Positions 17,790-28,465 of a stretch of 64,000 nt of DNA are shown here, in pieces. Position 1 is the first letter of the stretch. Each line of letters starts with the position of its first letter. The notes under the pieces are model-generated. The model searched no databases, was not told where the DNA came from, and saw only the letters and a program-made list of their open reading frames with translations. The DNA comes from Pseudomonadota bacterium. GTDB taxonomy: Bacteria; Pseudomonadota; Gammaproteobacteria; GCA-001735895. Location of the stretch: NCBI GenBank assembly GCA_022563685.1, contig JADFMY010000003.1, positions 4,505 through 68,504 of the forward strand, given 5' to 3'. The position numbers and the translations under genes are program-made.

Positions 17790-18077
17790 TGAGTCGTAAT
17801 AAATTAGGCTCTTCCCCAAATCGAGTGGGTAGATTATGCCTGTAGGTCCGAATTCATTCGGCCCATATTTTGATTACTATCAATACTAGCGAAATCTCCC
17901 TCCCTACGAATCGAAATATAGGCTCAGGTACTGCTAAGACTTGAAATGTCCCTTTAGAAAGCACAAAATGCGGCTGCTGATCAATAAAGCGGTTGAGATA
18001 TTCCATAACCTCACACACCGATTTAATCTCTACCGTACAATAACTAAGCAATATTATAACCGAGGAGATATATAATA

Positions 18078-19169
18078 ATGAAACGTCGTGATTTACTTAA
18101 AGGTGGCGTAGCTGCTGCCCTCGCTACCGGTGCTACTGTAGTTTCCGCACCTGCCATCGCTAAAAGCAAAGTCGAAATTACCATGGTTGCCACCTGGCCA
18201 AGAGACTTTCCAGGTCTCGGAACAGGTGCACAGCGCTTTGCCGAGCGTCTCACTGCCATGACCGATGGCCGCATCAAGGTTAACTACTTTGCTGCCGGCG
18301 AAAGGGTTAAAGCTTTCGACTCATTCGATGAAGTCGCTTCTGGCAACGCACAGATGTACCACGCTGCGGACTACTACTGGAAAGGCAAGCATCCTGGATG
18401 GGCATATTTTACCTCAGTCCCTTTTGGCATGACTTACACTGAAATTAACGCCTGGATTCAATTTGGCGGTGGTCAGGAATTATGGGATGAACTTGCAGCA
18501 GACTATGGCCTGAAGTGTTTGCCCTGTGGAAACACGGGTGTGCAAATGGGCGGTTGGTTCCGCAAGGAAATGAATTCCGCGGATGACTTCAAAGGTCTCA
18601 AGATGCGTATTCCGGGCCTCGGAGGGGATGTGCTCGCCAAAATGGGCGCCTCACCGGTATCTATACCCGGCGGCCAAATTTATGAAAATCTGGTATCCGG
18701 CGCGATCGACGCTACCGAATGGGTAGGTCCCTGGAACGACAGTTTCATGAAATTTTACGAGGCTGCCAAGTACTATTATTACCCGGGCATGCATGAACCC
18801 GGATCGATGTTGTCGCTCGGCATAAACAAGAAATTCTGGGATGGCCTGAGCAAGATGGACCAGGCGATTATCACCGCAGCGGCCGAAGTTGAAAACTCGG
18901 TGATGATGTCGGAATACAACGCCAAGAACGGCGCCGCACTGGCGAGCCTGATATCCGAGCAGGGCGTCAAGCTACGCAGATTTAACGATGATATTTACGA
19001 CAGCTTTGGCGAAGCAGCGCAAGAAGTGTTTGCAGAAGTCCAGCTACACAGCCCGTTGGCCAAGAAAATTCATGCGAGTTTTGAGAAATCGCGTGACGAA
19101 GTGGGCGCCTGGGCAAAAATTTCAGATCAGGCATACCTGCAGCAACGTAACCGCGTTCTCGGTCTGTAG
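18078..19169 (+). CDS. dctP: TRAP transporter solute-binding protein DctP (TakP/SmoM-like, Tat-exported)
   Basis: Twin-arginine signal MKRRDLLK...APAIA, YYWKGK, GNTGVQMGGWF, GLKMRIPG, DATEWVGP, YYYPGMHEPG. Confidence 0.92.
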   Translation: MKRRDLLKGGVAAALATGATVVSAPAIAKSKVEITMVATWPRDFPGLGTGAQRFAERLTAMTDGRIKVNYFAAGERVKAFDSFDEVASGNAQMYHAADYYWKGKHPGWAYFTSVPFGMTYTEINAWIQFGGGQELWDELAADYGLKCLPCGNTGVQMGGWFRKEMNSADDFKGLKMRIPGLGGDVLAKMGASPVSIPGGQIYENLVSGAIDATEWVGPWNDSFMKFYEAAKYYYYPGMHEPGSMLSLGINKKFWDGLSKMDQAIITAAAEVENSVMMSEYNAKNGAALASLISEQGVKLRRFNDDIYDSFGEAAQEVFAEVQLHSPLAKKIHASFEKSRDEVGAWAKISDQAYLQQRNRVLGL

Positions 19170-19190
19170 TCCAACCATCGATAGTGCCAT

Positions 19191-19220
19191 TAAAACGGAG
19201 CCCTCGGGCTCCGTTTTATT
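19191..19220 (+). terminator. Stem-loop/intrinsic terminator after dctP
   Basis: TAAAACGGAGCCC-TC-GGGCTCCGTTTTA perfect inverted repeat. Confidence 0.8.
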
Positions 19221-19244
19221 TCGCCCTCATATAAATTAATCATT

Positions 19245-20282
19245 ATGCTGGCACCTCATCATATTGCTTTAATCAGTCGCGCTCTGGCTAATATGATGAT
19301 CTGCGGGGTATTTTTATACCTGTTCAACAATTATCTGGTCTACTGGCAGGATTTACCCGGTCCTTATAATCTGTTGTCTCATTACGAGTTTCTGGGCCTT
19401 GAATCTCTAAACCCCGTCCTCAACGATGGGCAGTTGACCCAGGGCTGGATACAGTTGTTCGTTTATCTCGGCATCTTAATCATGAGTGCAGGTTATGCAT
19501 TCAAAACAGGTACGAGAACACTACTACAGGATTCACAACGTTATGCACGGCTATCGGCATATGTCATCCGACTCTCTTTTTGGTCGGTGGTTCTGATCGG
19601 TGCCATCGATATGTTGATATCTTTATTGCGCGTCGAAGATATGCTCGAGTTCTGGGTAGGTGAATGGCTTAAGCAACAATTGGGGCGTCCTATTTTTCGC
19701 GGCACCTATATTCATTACCCATTAATCATCATTTCTGCGGTGATCGCTGCGCGTATTCGCCACATCAGTTTTTCCTGGCTGGCATTGATGGTGGTTCTCT
19801 CAGAGTTTTTAATCGTCATTACTCGTTTCGTATTTTCTTACGAACAGGTGTATATGGGGGACGTGGTACGTTTCTGGTATGCAGCTTTATTCCTGTTCGC
19901 CAGCGCCTATACCCTGGTAGCAGAAGGCCACGTTCGGGTGGACGTGCTTTATGCAGGATTTACCCGCCGCACGAAAGCCTGGGTGGATTCGATCGGAACT
20001 GTATTACTTGGAATGCCGATCTGTTGGGTAATACTGATGCACGGCATGGGCGGCAAAGGTAATAGCATTAACGCTCCATTACTCAGTTTTGAGGTATCGC
20101 AAAGCGGCTATGGCATGTATGTGAATTACCTCCTGGCCGGGTTCCTGGTGGTATTCGCAGTTTCCATGCTGATTCAATTCGTTAGTTACCTGCTATTCAA
20201 TATAGATGTGCTGAATAACCGGCCGGACGATCTAGAAAGACCAGGCTATCGACAATTAATCGATTCAGGAACCGTGAACTAG
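19245..20282 (+). CDS. dctQ: TRAP small permease DctQ with a long N-terminal membrane extension
   Basis: C-terminal DctQ signature RFVFS...ASAYTL.AEGHVRVDVLY; 345 aa, about twice the usual size. Confidence 0.85.
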   Translation: MLAPHHIALISRALANMMICGVFLYLFNNYLVYWQDLPGPYNLLSHYEFLGLESLNPVLNDGQLTQGWIQLFVYLGILIMSAGYAFKTGTRTLLQDSQRYARLSAYVIRLSFWSVVLIGAIDMLISLLRVEDMLEFWVGEWLKQQLGRPIFRGTYIHYPLIIISAVIAARIRHISFSWLALMVVLSEFLIVITRFVFSYEQVYMGDVVRFWYAALFLFASAYTLVAEGHVRVDVLYAGFTRRTKAWVDSIGTVLLGMPICWVILMHGMGGKGNSINAPLLSFEVSQSGYGMYVNYLLAGFLVVFAVSMLIQFVSYLLFNIDVLNNRPDDLERPGYRQLIDSGTVN

Positions 20283-20285
20283 CCA

Positions 20286-22949
20286 ATGGAGTTATATTTC
20301 CTCGCCCTGCTGGTGCTAATCATGGTCATCTCACTGACCTCGGGTTTTCCGGTGGCTTTTTCCCTGCCCGGCTCGGCAATTCTTACCGTAGCGCTGGCCG
20401 CCCTGGCTGGATACCTGTTCGAAGGCAACACCGATGCTTATTTCGTGCTCGGCGGGCCGAACCAGTGGCTAAGCGCGGGGGTCACTAATTTTCGAAGTTT
20501 ATACTGGAATGTCGAACGCGACACCCTGATCGCGATCCCGCTATTCGTATTTATGGGGATCATGCTCCAGCGTTCGAAAATAGCGGAAGATTTGCTCGTC
20601 GCGATGGCGCAGTTATTCGGGCCGGTACCCGGTGGACTTGGAATTTCGGGAGTTTTTGTCGGCGCCCTGCTCGCAGCGACTACCGGCATCGTGGGCGCTA
20701 CCGTAATCGCGATGGGCCTGATTTCACTACCGGCGATGCTGCGCAATAAATATTCCAACTCTCTTGCCTGCGGTACGATTTGCGCCTCGGGCACTCTCGG
20801 GCAGATCATCCCGCCATCGATCGTATTGATAATTCTCGCCGACCAGCTATCCAACGCCTCCGATCAGGCCGCCACCGTACGTAAAGCCGAATTCAAGGAG
20901 GCGACTGGCAGTTTCTCCATGCCTGGAGAATTCGATGTGGTGTCTGCGAGCGCTGGCGACATGTTTATGGGGGCCTTTATACCCGGGATGATTTTAGTCG
21001 GCCTGTATATGGCCTATATCCTGGTATCGGCTATAATAAAACCTGAAAATGCACCGCCGGTTCCCTTTGCAGGAAGCTACGATCGGAAGTTCATCGTAGG
21101 TGTCCTGCTCGCTTTGATACCGCCTCTGGCCCTGATTTTTATGGTACTGGGCTCGATTATTATGGGCGTCGCGACGGTGAATCAGGCGGGTTCTATCGGA
21201 GCGATCGGGGCGATGGTTATGGGCAGTTATCGGCTCATGGAGGGCAAACCGCGAGCTTATTATCCAGCTTTTATTGCGATTATATCAATCGTATCCATCA
21301 TAATACTTCTCAACCTGTTCAGTCTTAATATCAAGAACATCCAGTCCGGATACGATGCTTTTGGAATCGCGCTGGCCCTTATCGCTGTGAGCGCGCTGGT
21401 GTTTGCGATCGGATGGAGTATCTATCGAGCCTTTAAAATTGATAACACGCTGCAAGGCGTGATGATGGAAACGGCCAAGACGACATCGATGGTTTTTATT
21501 ATCCTCATCGGTGCAGCCATGTTGACCTCTGCATTTCGCGGTTTTGGCGGTGAAGAGCTGGTCAAGAGTTACCTGACCAGTTTGCCTGGCGGGTTTTGGA
21601 CCCAGTTTATCGTGGTCATGGCGGTTATATTCTTTCTCGGCTTTTTCCTTGATTTCATCGAAATAGCGGTCGTTGTGGTTCCAATCGTAGCGCCGATTTT
21701 ACTCGCCGACCCAGGCGCGAACATAACTGCAGTCTGGCTCGGCGTAATGATCGGATTGAACATACAAACATCCTTTTTAACCCCGCCTTTTGGCTTCGCC
21801 CTGTTTTATCTGCGAGGTGTCGCGCCGCCCGAAGTCAAGACAATACAAATATACAAGGGCGCAGTCGCGTTTATCGCACTCCAGTTAGTGGGGCTTACCA
21901 TTGCTGGCCTATACCCCAGCCTGGTCAACTATCTGCCTAACAAAATGCATCTGACTTCCGATACCGCACCACCACCAAGCAATCCGAAACTGCAGGAATG
22001 CCTGGAAACTTCAATTTTTGCAGACTACGATTCCAGTCAGGAGATTATTCTCGCCAGTATCGACCAGATTAAATCGGTCAATATTTCTTACCTGCCCGAC
22101 GACTATCAGACATCGCTGGCTGAAAGTTATCGCAATGCTGGGAAATCTTTCATGTTGATCGAACAGGTGCGTGAAGCTTCAGACCGGTTAAACGATTTTA
22201 TTCCAGACTACCGGCCAATTCATGTCGATGTACGAATTAAGCAACGAGAAATAAAACGCATCAACAAAGAAATCGAATTATTTGACGAGGAACGCCTGCG
22301 ATTAGGTTTGGAAGCTAGCCCTCCCGAATCTCGAATCAGGCATATCGCTCGGGAGATTCAGTCACTGGGATCTAAACGTCTGAATATCGAGAGTCAAATT
22401 CCACCAAGCTGGAAGGAATCCCGTAGTCGATTTGAAAATCTGGCATCGACCGAGAAAAAGGCAAGGCTAAAGTATCGCCGTAATGCCGATGAAAGTTATG
22501 AAATAATCGTCACCATGCTGAAAATGCTGGCCGAACACGAAGCACTCCTTTCACTACAGGATAAATTACCCCCCATGCAGGAAATTATTCTGAACCAACC
22601 GGCGGATCAGGCGATGGCATCGCTTAAAGCTCTGGGAAAAGAATTCAATGCGATCACCAATGCCCGGCCGGTCACCTCTAAGCTTTCCAGGGCAAGACGG
22701 GCATTACGCGGTAACAAACCCGACCCGGAAAAGGCCATCGGCGAATTGATGATAGCGATAGAAAGGCTTGAACTGGAAATATCCTGGCGTGGCCGCGCAG
22801 CCAGAGACCTGATGCCGGAACTCCAGGCCTACGAGCAATCGATCAGTCATACCATTGGCATGCGCCTGCAGGAAAGGCTCACCGATGATCAGGCGGAAAG
22901 CATTTCTTCCTGTCTGGCAGTGCATAAAGATATTTCACTATATTTTTAA
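20286..22949 (+). CDS. dctM: TRAP large permease DctM with a long soluble C-terminal extension
   Basis: GFPVAFSL, AIPLFVFMG, ASGTLGQIIPPS, LGFFLDFIEI, SFLTPPFGFALFYLRG, then about 330 hydrophilic residues. Confidence 0.9.
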   Translation: MELYFLALLVLIMVISLTSGFPVAFSLPGSAILTVALAALAGYLFEGNTDAYFVLGGPNQWLSAGVTNFRSLYWNVERDTLIAIPLFVFMGIMLQRSKIAEDLLVAMAQLFGPVPGGLGISGVFVGALLAATTGIVGATVIAMGLISLPAMLRNKYSNSLACGTICASGTLGQIIPPSIVLIILADQLSNASDQAATVRKAEFKEATGSFSMPGEFDVVSASAGDMFMGAFIPGMILVGLYMAYILVSAIIKPENAPPVPFAGSYDRKFIVGVLLALIPPLALIFMVLGSIIMGVATVNQAGSIGAIGAMVMGSYRLMEGKPRAYYPAFIAIISIVSIIILLNLFSLNIKNIQSGYDAFGIALALIAVSALVFAIGWSIYRAFKIDNTLQGVMMETAKTTSMVFIILIGAAMLTSAFRGFGGEELVKSYLTSLPGGFWTQFIVVMAVIFFLGFFLDFIEIAVVVVPIVAPILLADPGANITAVWLGVMIGLNIQTSFLTPPFGFALFYLRGVAPPEVKTIQIYKGAVAFIALQLVGLTIAGLYPSLVNYLPNKMHLTSDTAPPPSNPKLQECLETSIFADYDSSQEIILASIDQIKSVNISYLPDDYQTSLAESYRNAGKSFMLIEQVREASDRLNDFIPDYRPIHVDVRIKQREIKRINKEIELFDEERLRLGLEASPPESRIRHIAREIQSLGSKRLNIESQIPPSWKESRSRFENLASTEKKARLKYRRNADESYEIIVTMLKMLAEHEALLSLQDKLPPMQEIILNQPADQAMASLKALGKEFNAITNARPVTSKLSRARRALRGNKPDPEKAIGELMIAIERLELEISWRGRAARDLMPELQAYEQSISHTIGMRLQERLTDDQAESISSCLAVHKDISLYF

Positions 22950-23080
22950 GGCAGCGATGAATTGCTCTTGCCACAGAGAGAGGTATGATTTCCGGCAAGC
23001 ATAATTTTTGACTGTCCCGGGGACAGCACCGGCACACGGGGTGCGTGTCATATTCCAGCCATAACAACACCTGAGCCTGT

Positions 23081-23971
23081 ATGCAACAGATCGATTTACT
23101 CTATCGTATTATCACCATCATTTTTCCGGTTTTCAGTATTGTTGCCGTAGGCTATTTATATAGCCGAAACCGTAGACCCGACATGTCGGCGGGTAACCGC
23201 ATCAATATGGATGTCTTCGTTCCCGCGCTGATATTTGACATCATGTCGGGGAGCGATTTTTCATTATTGAGCTACGCTAGCCTGGCGGGTGCGGGATGCC
23301 TGGTGATATTGGGCTCTGGTCTACTGGCCTGGCCTATAGGCCGTGGACTTGGCTATCAGTGGAAAACCTTCGTTCCTCCGATGATGTTTACCAACTCGGG
23401 AAATATGGGGGTACCGGTCATTCTGTTGGCGTTTGGCGAACAGGCTCTACCGGCAGCAGTCGTATTATTTGCGCTGGAAAATTTTCTCCATTTTACGCTT
23501 GGCCAACGCATGGTTAATCCTCGTTCGTCCCTACTGACGATTGGCAAGAACCCAATGGTGATCGCTACCCTGGCGGGTATCGCTCTCAGTATTCTGGGCC
23601 TTAACCTGCCCGAAATGATCAGAGTGCCAATTCACATGATGGGCCAGGTAGCCATCCCGTTGATGTTATTTTCACTGGGTGTACGGCTGACCGGCATCGA
23701 TTTCAGGGACTGGAAAATTGGACTCGCCGGCGCGCTGATTTGCCCACTCAGCGGCCTCGTAATCGCCTTGTTGATTCTCCCTTTCCTGGCCCTGGCTAAG
23801 GAACAGATTCCTATTCTGATGCTGTTTAGCGTGCTACCGCCTGCAGTATTAAACTATATGGTCGCAGAACACTATGACCAGCAACCACGCCTGGTTGCTT
23901 CGATCGTACTAATCGGCAACCTGGGCAGTTTGATCACGATTCCACTCATTCTCTGGTTTGTACTGCAATGA
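23081..23971 (+). CDS. AEC (auxin efflux carrier) family transporter
   Basis: FVPALIF, FTNSGNMGVP, NPMV.A, IPLMLFSLG, PPAVLNY. Confidence 0.88.
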   Translation: MQQIDLLYRIITIIFPVFSIVAVGYLYSRNRRPDMSAGNRINMDVFVPALIFDIMSGSDFSLLSYASLAGAGCLVILGSGLLAWPIGRGLGYQWKTFVPPMMFTNSGNMGVPVILLAFGEQALPAAVVLFALENFLHFTLGQRMVNPRSSLLTIGKNPMVIATLAGIALSILGLNLPEMIRVPIHMMGQVAIPLMLFSLGVRLTGIDFRDWKIGLAGALICPLSGLVIALLILPFLALAKEQIPILMLFSVLPPAVLNYMVAEHYDQQPRLVASIVLIGNLGSLITIPLILWFVLQ

Positions 23972-24007
23972 ACCGGTACGAGCTATCATTAGATAAAAAT
24001 GCAGCAT

Positions 24008-24454
24008 TTACTCGAGTAATTTGAGGCCGGTGATTCTGTCCCCGGGTTTAATTCCATGTGACCCAGCCTTCAATTCGATGATATATTTTGAAAACCGGGA
24101 GACGCCATAGCCTGGGCAGAAATTAGCGTCACAGGGTTGTAGTTGTTTAACTGCGATCACCGATTCGTTTTCATCCAGCCATATAACCGTCAGGGGTATA
24201 AGTGTATTTCTCATCCATATGCGGTGGTCGCCCGGTCCGGGATAAATGAAAAGCATTCCTTCTTTCCCAGCCACATTCCGTCGATACATTAAACCCTGAC
24301 TTCGCTGCGCTTGAGTTTTAGCGATCTCCAGATTGTATTCTGCGCCGTTGATTACAATATTGACCTTGTCGAATGATTCCAGATCCGAAATTGCCGATAC
24401 TGGTAAGCCGGCAAGAAATGGCAGGCACAGGAACCCGATATTTCGGATGTGCAT
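24008..24454 (-). CDS. DUF192 family exported protein
   Basis: EIAKT...R.QGLMYR, GMLF, WMRNTLIPL, YIIELKAG. Probable start MHIRN at 24454. Confidence 0.85.
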   Translation of the reverse strand: MHIRNIGFLCLPFLAGLPVSAISDLESFDKVNIVINGAEYNLEIAKTQAQRSQGLMYRRNVAGKEGMLFIYPGPGDHRIWMRNTLIPLTVIWLDENESVIAVKQLQPCDANFCPGYGVSRFSKYIIELKAGSHGIKPGDRITGLKLLE

Positions 24455-24625
24455 TCTTATAGTTTGTTTACCAGCACGAATGTTTACCAGCACGAATAGA
24501 GTCGAAAATAGTCATAAAATCAAATTTTTACTCCATTTTAACTGCAACTTAGGGCTTGTTTTTAATGTTAATTCTGACTTATTATCTGCAATAAGCTGAT
24601 TCTATTGAATTTTTTATGCCAAATA

Positions 24626-24643
24626 CGTCACAATTTCGTGACG
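24626..24643. promoter_or_regulatory. Perfect palindrome upstream of rpfG (transcription-factor site candidate)
   Basis: CGTCAC-AATTTC-GTGACG in the AT-rich divergent region between DUF192 and rpfG. Confidence 0.4.
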
Positions 24644-24739
24644 AAGTCTGAAATTCAGTCGAATTTTACTAGATTAATAGCAAATACGGGCTAGACTTCA
24701 CTGTCCTGCTATTAGAATCAATTCCGAGGTAACAAAAAA

Positions 24740-25876
24740 TTGATTTCAAATACAGAAAAAACGAGCACCATAAAAAATAGATCCAACGTAGAGCCTTACG
24801 AAAATGCTCGCCGCCTGAGTGTTTTGCGTCGTCAGCGCAAAGTCCTGATCGTCGATGACGAATCTACCGGTCGTACCATCCTGGCCAAAATCATCCAGCA
24901 AGTCGAAGACGATATTAGCGTAGATGCCTTCGACAATCCACTGGAGGCGTTAAACTGGCTCGACAGTAATCATCCAGACCTGATTATCACTGACTACCGC
25001 ATGCCTGATATCAACGGTGTCGATTTAATTCGCAAGATCCGCGAAAGGCCGGCCTGCCAGGATATACCGATTATGATGATTACCGTAGTCAGCGAAAAGT
25101 CGGTTCGATATGATGCGCTTGAAGCGGGTGCGACTGCTTTTCTAATCCGCCCTATCGATCAAATAGAGTGCCGAACCAGTTGCCGCAACCTGTTAAAACT
25201 GCACGAACAACAAACGATCATACAGGATCGAGCCGACTGGCTCGCGCGCCAGGTCGAAGTGGCAACACAGCAAATAGCCTCACGCGAAAGAGAAACCCTG
25301 TTAAGGCTCGCAAAGGCTGGCGAATATCGCGATGAGGAAACCGGTTACCACGTGGTGAGGATGGCCAAATATTCCAGGGAAATTGCTGAAGCGCTTGGAC
25401 TGAGCGAAAGTGAATGCGAAGAAATCGAATACGCCGCACCGATGCACGACCTCGGTAAGATAGGCATTGAGGACAGGGTTTTACTAAAGCCGGGAAAGTT
25501 TAACCAGGAGGAATGGTTGGCCATGCAAACCCATACGACCATCGGTCACGCCATCCTGTCCAATAGCCAGTCTCGGTATATTCAAACCGGATCGGTGATT
25601 GCGCTCAACCATCATGAAAGATTCGACGGTACAGGGTATCCTAGCGGGCTCGCGGGCAAGGACATTCCGCTAGTCGCTCGCATCGTCGCCGTAGCCGATG
25701 TCTATGACGCACTGGTTTCACCACGCCCCTATAAAAAGGCCTGGTCCGTCAAAGATTCGCAGGACTATCTGGAAAAGCACTCTGGTACCCAGTTTGACCC
25801 ACTATGCGTAGAAGCCTTTTTCGAACGCATCGACAATATCCACAGTATTCAAGCCAGCTTCAGCGATTCGCAATAG
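24740..25876 (+). CDS. rpfG: HD-GYP response regulator, c-di-GMP phosphodiesterase RpfG
   Basis: REC domain (LIVDD, ITDYRMP) plus MHDLGKIG, HHERFDGTGYP and RPYK; adjacent to rpfC and rpfF. Confidence 0.9.
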   Translation: MISNTEKTSTIKNRSNVEPYENARRLSVLRRQRKVLIVDDESTGRTILAKIIQQVEDDISVDAFDNPLEALNWLDSNHPDLIITDYRMPDINGVDLIRKIRERPACQDIPIMMITVVSEKSVRYDALEAGATAFLIRPIDQIECRTSCRNLLKLHEQQTIIQDRADWLARQVEVATQQIASRERETLLRLAKAGEYRDEETGYHVVRMAKYSREIAEALGLSESECEEIEYAAPMHDLGKIGIEDRVLLKPGKFNQEEWLAMQTHTTIGHAILSNSQSRYIQTGSVIALNHHERFDGTGYPSGLAGKDIPLVARIVAVADVYDALVSPRPYKKAWSVKDSQDYLEKHSGTQFDPLCVEAFFERIDNIHSIQASFSDSQ

Positions 25877-25895
25877 TAGTCGCTGACTTAATGCA

Positions 25896-28457
25896 ATGGA
25901 ATCGGTAGAACAGAAAGCAAACTGGTTTACTCAATTAAAACATCGGTTAAAAAGAACTGGTGATTCCGAACCCGAGCAGGCATTGCTGCGGCTGGCAATT
26001 GCCTTCAGTCTGGTGCTCTATTTCGTCGTTCCCTGGTCTAGCGACGACCAATTTGCCGAAATATTTAACTCGGTGCCAAATATAATAATAATTACCGCAA
26101 CCAGCTTTGCATTATTACTATTTGCTGCCATTGTAAGAAATCCCCAACCCTCGCCGACGAGACGAATCGCAGGCATCGTGCTGGATATGGTTTCTTTGTC
26201 TATCATCCTGTACTGGACCGGCGGCGATCACGTACCATTATTCGTATTCTATCTATGGGTCACCCTGGGAAATGGTTTTAGATACGGTACACTTTATCTC
26301 TATATATCTTTTGGTGTTAGCCTGATCGGATTTTCTTCAGTATTACTCTGGAGTTCTTACTGGCAACAAAACCAGTCGATTGCGATTAGTCTTTTGATCA
26401 TACTAATGATACTTCCGATTTATGCGGGCATACTGTTAAAAAAATTACACGCAGCCATCGCCTCGGCAAAACAGGCCAATCAGGCCAAGAGTCAATTTCT
26501 CGCCAACATGTCGCATGAACTACGAACACCACTCAACGGCGTGATCGGCATGGGTGACTTGTTAAGAGAAACAAATTTAAGTTATGAGCAGCATGAACTT
26601 TTAGACACCATGCACAGTTCCGCAAATGCACTTTTGGAGCTGATAGAAAATGTGCTCGATATCGCAAAAATCGAATCTGGAAAAGTACTGATCGAGTCAA
26701 AGGACTTAGATTTGCATGCGGTAGTTAATAGCGTGATTTATATGTTAGCCCCTATGGGTGAGAAAAAAGAATTAACAGTTTCCTGCACCTTTGAGCCGGA
26801 GACTCCTTTTTCACTCAAGGGCGATCAACAACACCTGCGTCAGGTACTGATCAATCTGGTTAACAATGCAATAAAATTTACCGAGAAGGGATCGGTTATC
26901 TTGCAGGTTAGAATGGTGGGTGGTACAGAAACAGAGCCAAGAATCCGATTCGAAATTATCGATACTGGAATTGGCATTAAAGAGAGCGACATTGACAAAA
27001 TTTTTGATAATTTCACCCAGGCTGACGTGGGTACTAGCCGTTCCTTTGGCGGCACCGGCCTCGGTACGACGATATCCAAGGAACTCGTCGAACTTATGGG
27101 TGGACAGATAGGTGTTAAAAGCCAGATAAACCAGGGCTCAACGTTTTGGTTTGAAATAACTTTTAGCGCTACTAAAAATCCTCCAAACAGTATATCGGAG
27201 AACAATATTTTACTGTTGGCGAGTGAAGATACAGCTTCGATCATCAGGCCATCCCTTAAAAGCTGGGAAGTTAACTTCGATTGGGTTAGATCTTCTACAC
27301 GAGCTCTCTCCCAACTTGTCAAGGCCAAAGATGATGACACACCTTATGAAACAGTCATTGTCGATCAGGCTAGCCTGATCGATATCAATGCTGTCCAATT
27401 TGCTCAATTGGTCAAGTCGGAAGGCCTGCTTGAAGATACTTCGCTGGTATTAATCAATTCATCAGATACCATGATCGATGCGAATCGTGCTAATCACTAT
27501 TACATCTCGACCCTGGAAGCACCAGAAGAGAAACGATTTCTATTTAACGCTTTACATGCGGCACAAAGTGTCAATATCACTGATAGTAATATCGTCACGA
27601 TGGCCGAGCACTACGCCAAGCAGGCAGGTGCAAAATCGTTAAATATTCTGGTAGCAGAGGATAATACAGTCAATCAGCAAGTCATTGAAGGTATTCTTCG
27701 AAATGCAGGCCACAATGTTCGAATCACTAATGCAGGCCATAAAACACTGGATATCCTGAGCGACGAACTCGACAGTATCGATATGCTGATACTCGACATG
27801 AACATGCCGGAAATATCAGGAATTGAGGTAGTAAAATCGCTTCGCTTTATGGATACAAGCGCGAAACTTCCAGTTATTATGCTCACCGCGGACGCAACAC
27901 CGGAGGCCAGGGAAACATCGTTAAGTGCCGGCGCCAATCGATTTTTAACAAAACCAATCGATTCTCGCATCCTGCTCGAATGCATAGCATCCCTATCCAG
28001 AAAAATTCGGACCAATAAAAGTGAAAAGAAAACCAGTGAAGGGAAAAAACCCAGGATTAAAAGTGATTTCCCTGATTCGGAATGGTACGACTATACGGTA
28101 TTACACGAGCTGGATATCCTCGGTATAGAACCGGAATTTGTTGAATCCCTGGTAGCAAACTTTACTAAGGACGGGAAACAACATGTGTCGAACATTAAAA
28201 ATTCAATGCAGGAGGATTACCTGGAATTTCGTGAAAGCCTGCATGCATTGAAAGGATCGGCCACTGAAATTGGCGCAAATAAGTTAGTTGAAATATGCGT
28301 GGCGGGAGAATCTATTAAACCCTACGAAATGGGTAGCGATAAAATATCCTATACCTGTAAACGGTTAGAAGAAATTTTCAACGATACTATAACCGCATTA
28401 AAAAATGCGGTTACGGTTCGCCGAGGGGTTTTATCTGGTAAATCCGCCGGTCATTAA
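25896..28457 (+). CDS. rpfC: DSF sensor hybrid histidine kinase RpfC
   Basis: N-terminal DSEPEQALLRL, about 5 TMs, WVTLGNGFRYG, H-box MSHELRTP, HATPase, REC (LVAED...LDMNMP), Hpt (LHALKGSA). Confidence 0.9.
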   Translation: MESVEQKANWFTQLKHRLKRTGDSEPEQALLRLAIAFSLVLYFVVPWSSDDQFAEIFNSVPNIIIITATSFALLLFAAIVRNPQPSPTRRIAGIVLDMVSLSIILYWTGGDHVPLFVFYLWVTLGNGFRYGTLYLYISFGVSLIGFSSVLLWSSYWQQNQSIAISLLIILMILPIYAGILLKKLHAAIASAKQANQAKSQFLANMSHELRTPLNGVIGMGDLLRETNLSYEQHELLDTMHSSANALLELIENVLDIAKIESGKVLIESKDLDLHAVVNSVIYMLAPMGEKKELTVSCTFEPETPFSLKGDQQHLRQVLINLVNNAIKFTEKGSVILQVRMVGGTETEPRIRFEIIDTGIGIKESDIDKIFDNFTQADVGTSRSFGGTGLGTTISKELVELMGGQIGVKSQINQGSTFWFEITFSATKNPPNSISENNILLLASEDTASIIRPSLKSWEVNFDWVRSSTRALSQLVKAKDDDTPYETVIVDQASLIDINAVQFAQLVKSEGLLEDTSLVLINSSDTMIDANRANHYYISTLEAPEEKRFLFNALHAAQSVNITDSNIVTMAEHYAKQAGAKSLNILVAEDNTVNQQVIEGILRNAGHNVRITNAGHKTLDILSDELDSIDMLILDMNMPEISGIEVVKSLRFMDTSAKLPVIMLTADATPEARETSLSAGANRFLTKPIDSRILLECIASLSRKIRTNKSEKKTSEGKKPRIKSDFPDSEWYDYTVLHELDILGIEPEFVESLVANFTKDGKQHVSNIKNSMQEDYLEFRESLHALKGSATEIGANKLVEICVAGESIKPYEMGSDKISYTCKRLEEIFNDTITALKNAVTVRRGVLSGKSAGH

Positions 28458-28465
28458 TAAGCGCA

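Noticed and set aside
17854-18051. 65-aa ORF upstream of dctP
   Set aside because: It occupies the dctP promoter region with no RBS or recognisable features; probably spurious.
23012-23048. Short GC-rich hairpins between dctM and the AEC gene
   Set aside because: No U-tract and no second copy in the window; insufficient evidence for a terminator or REP element.
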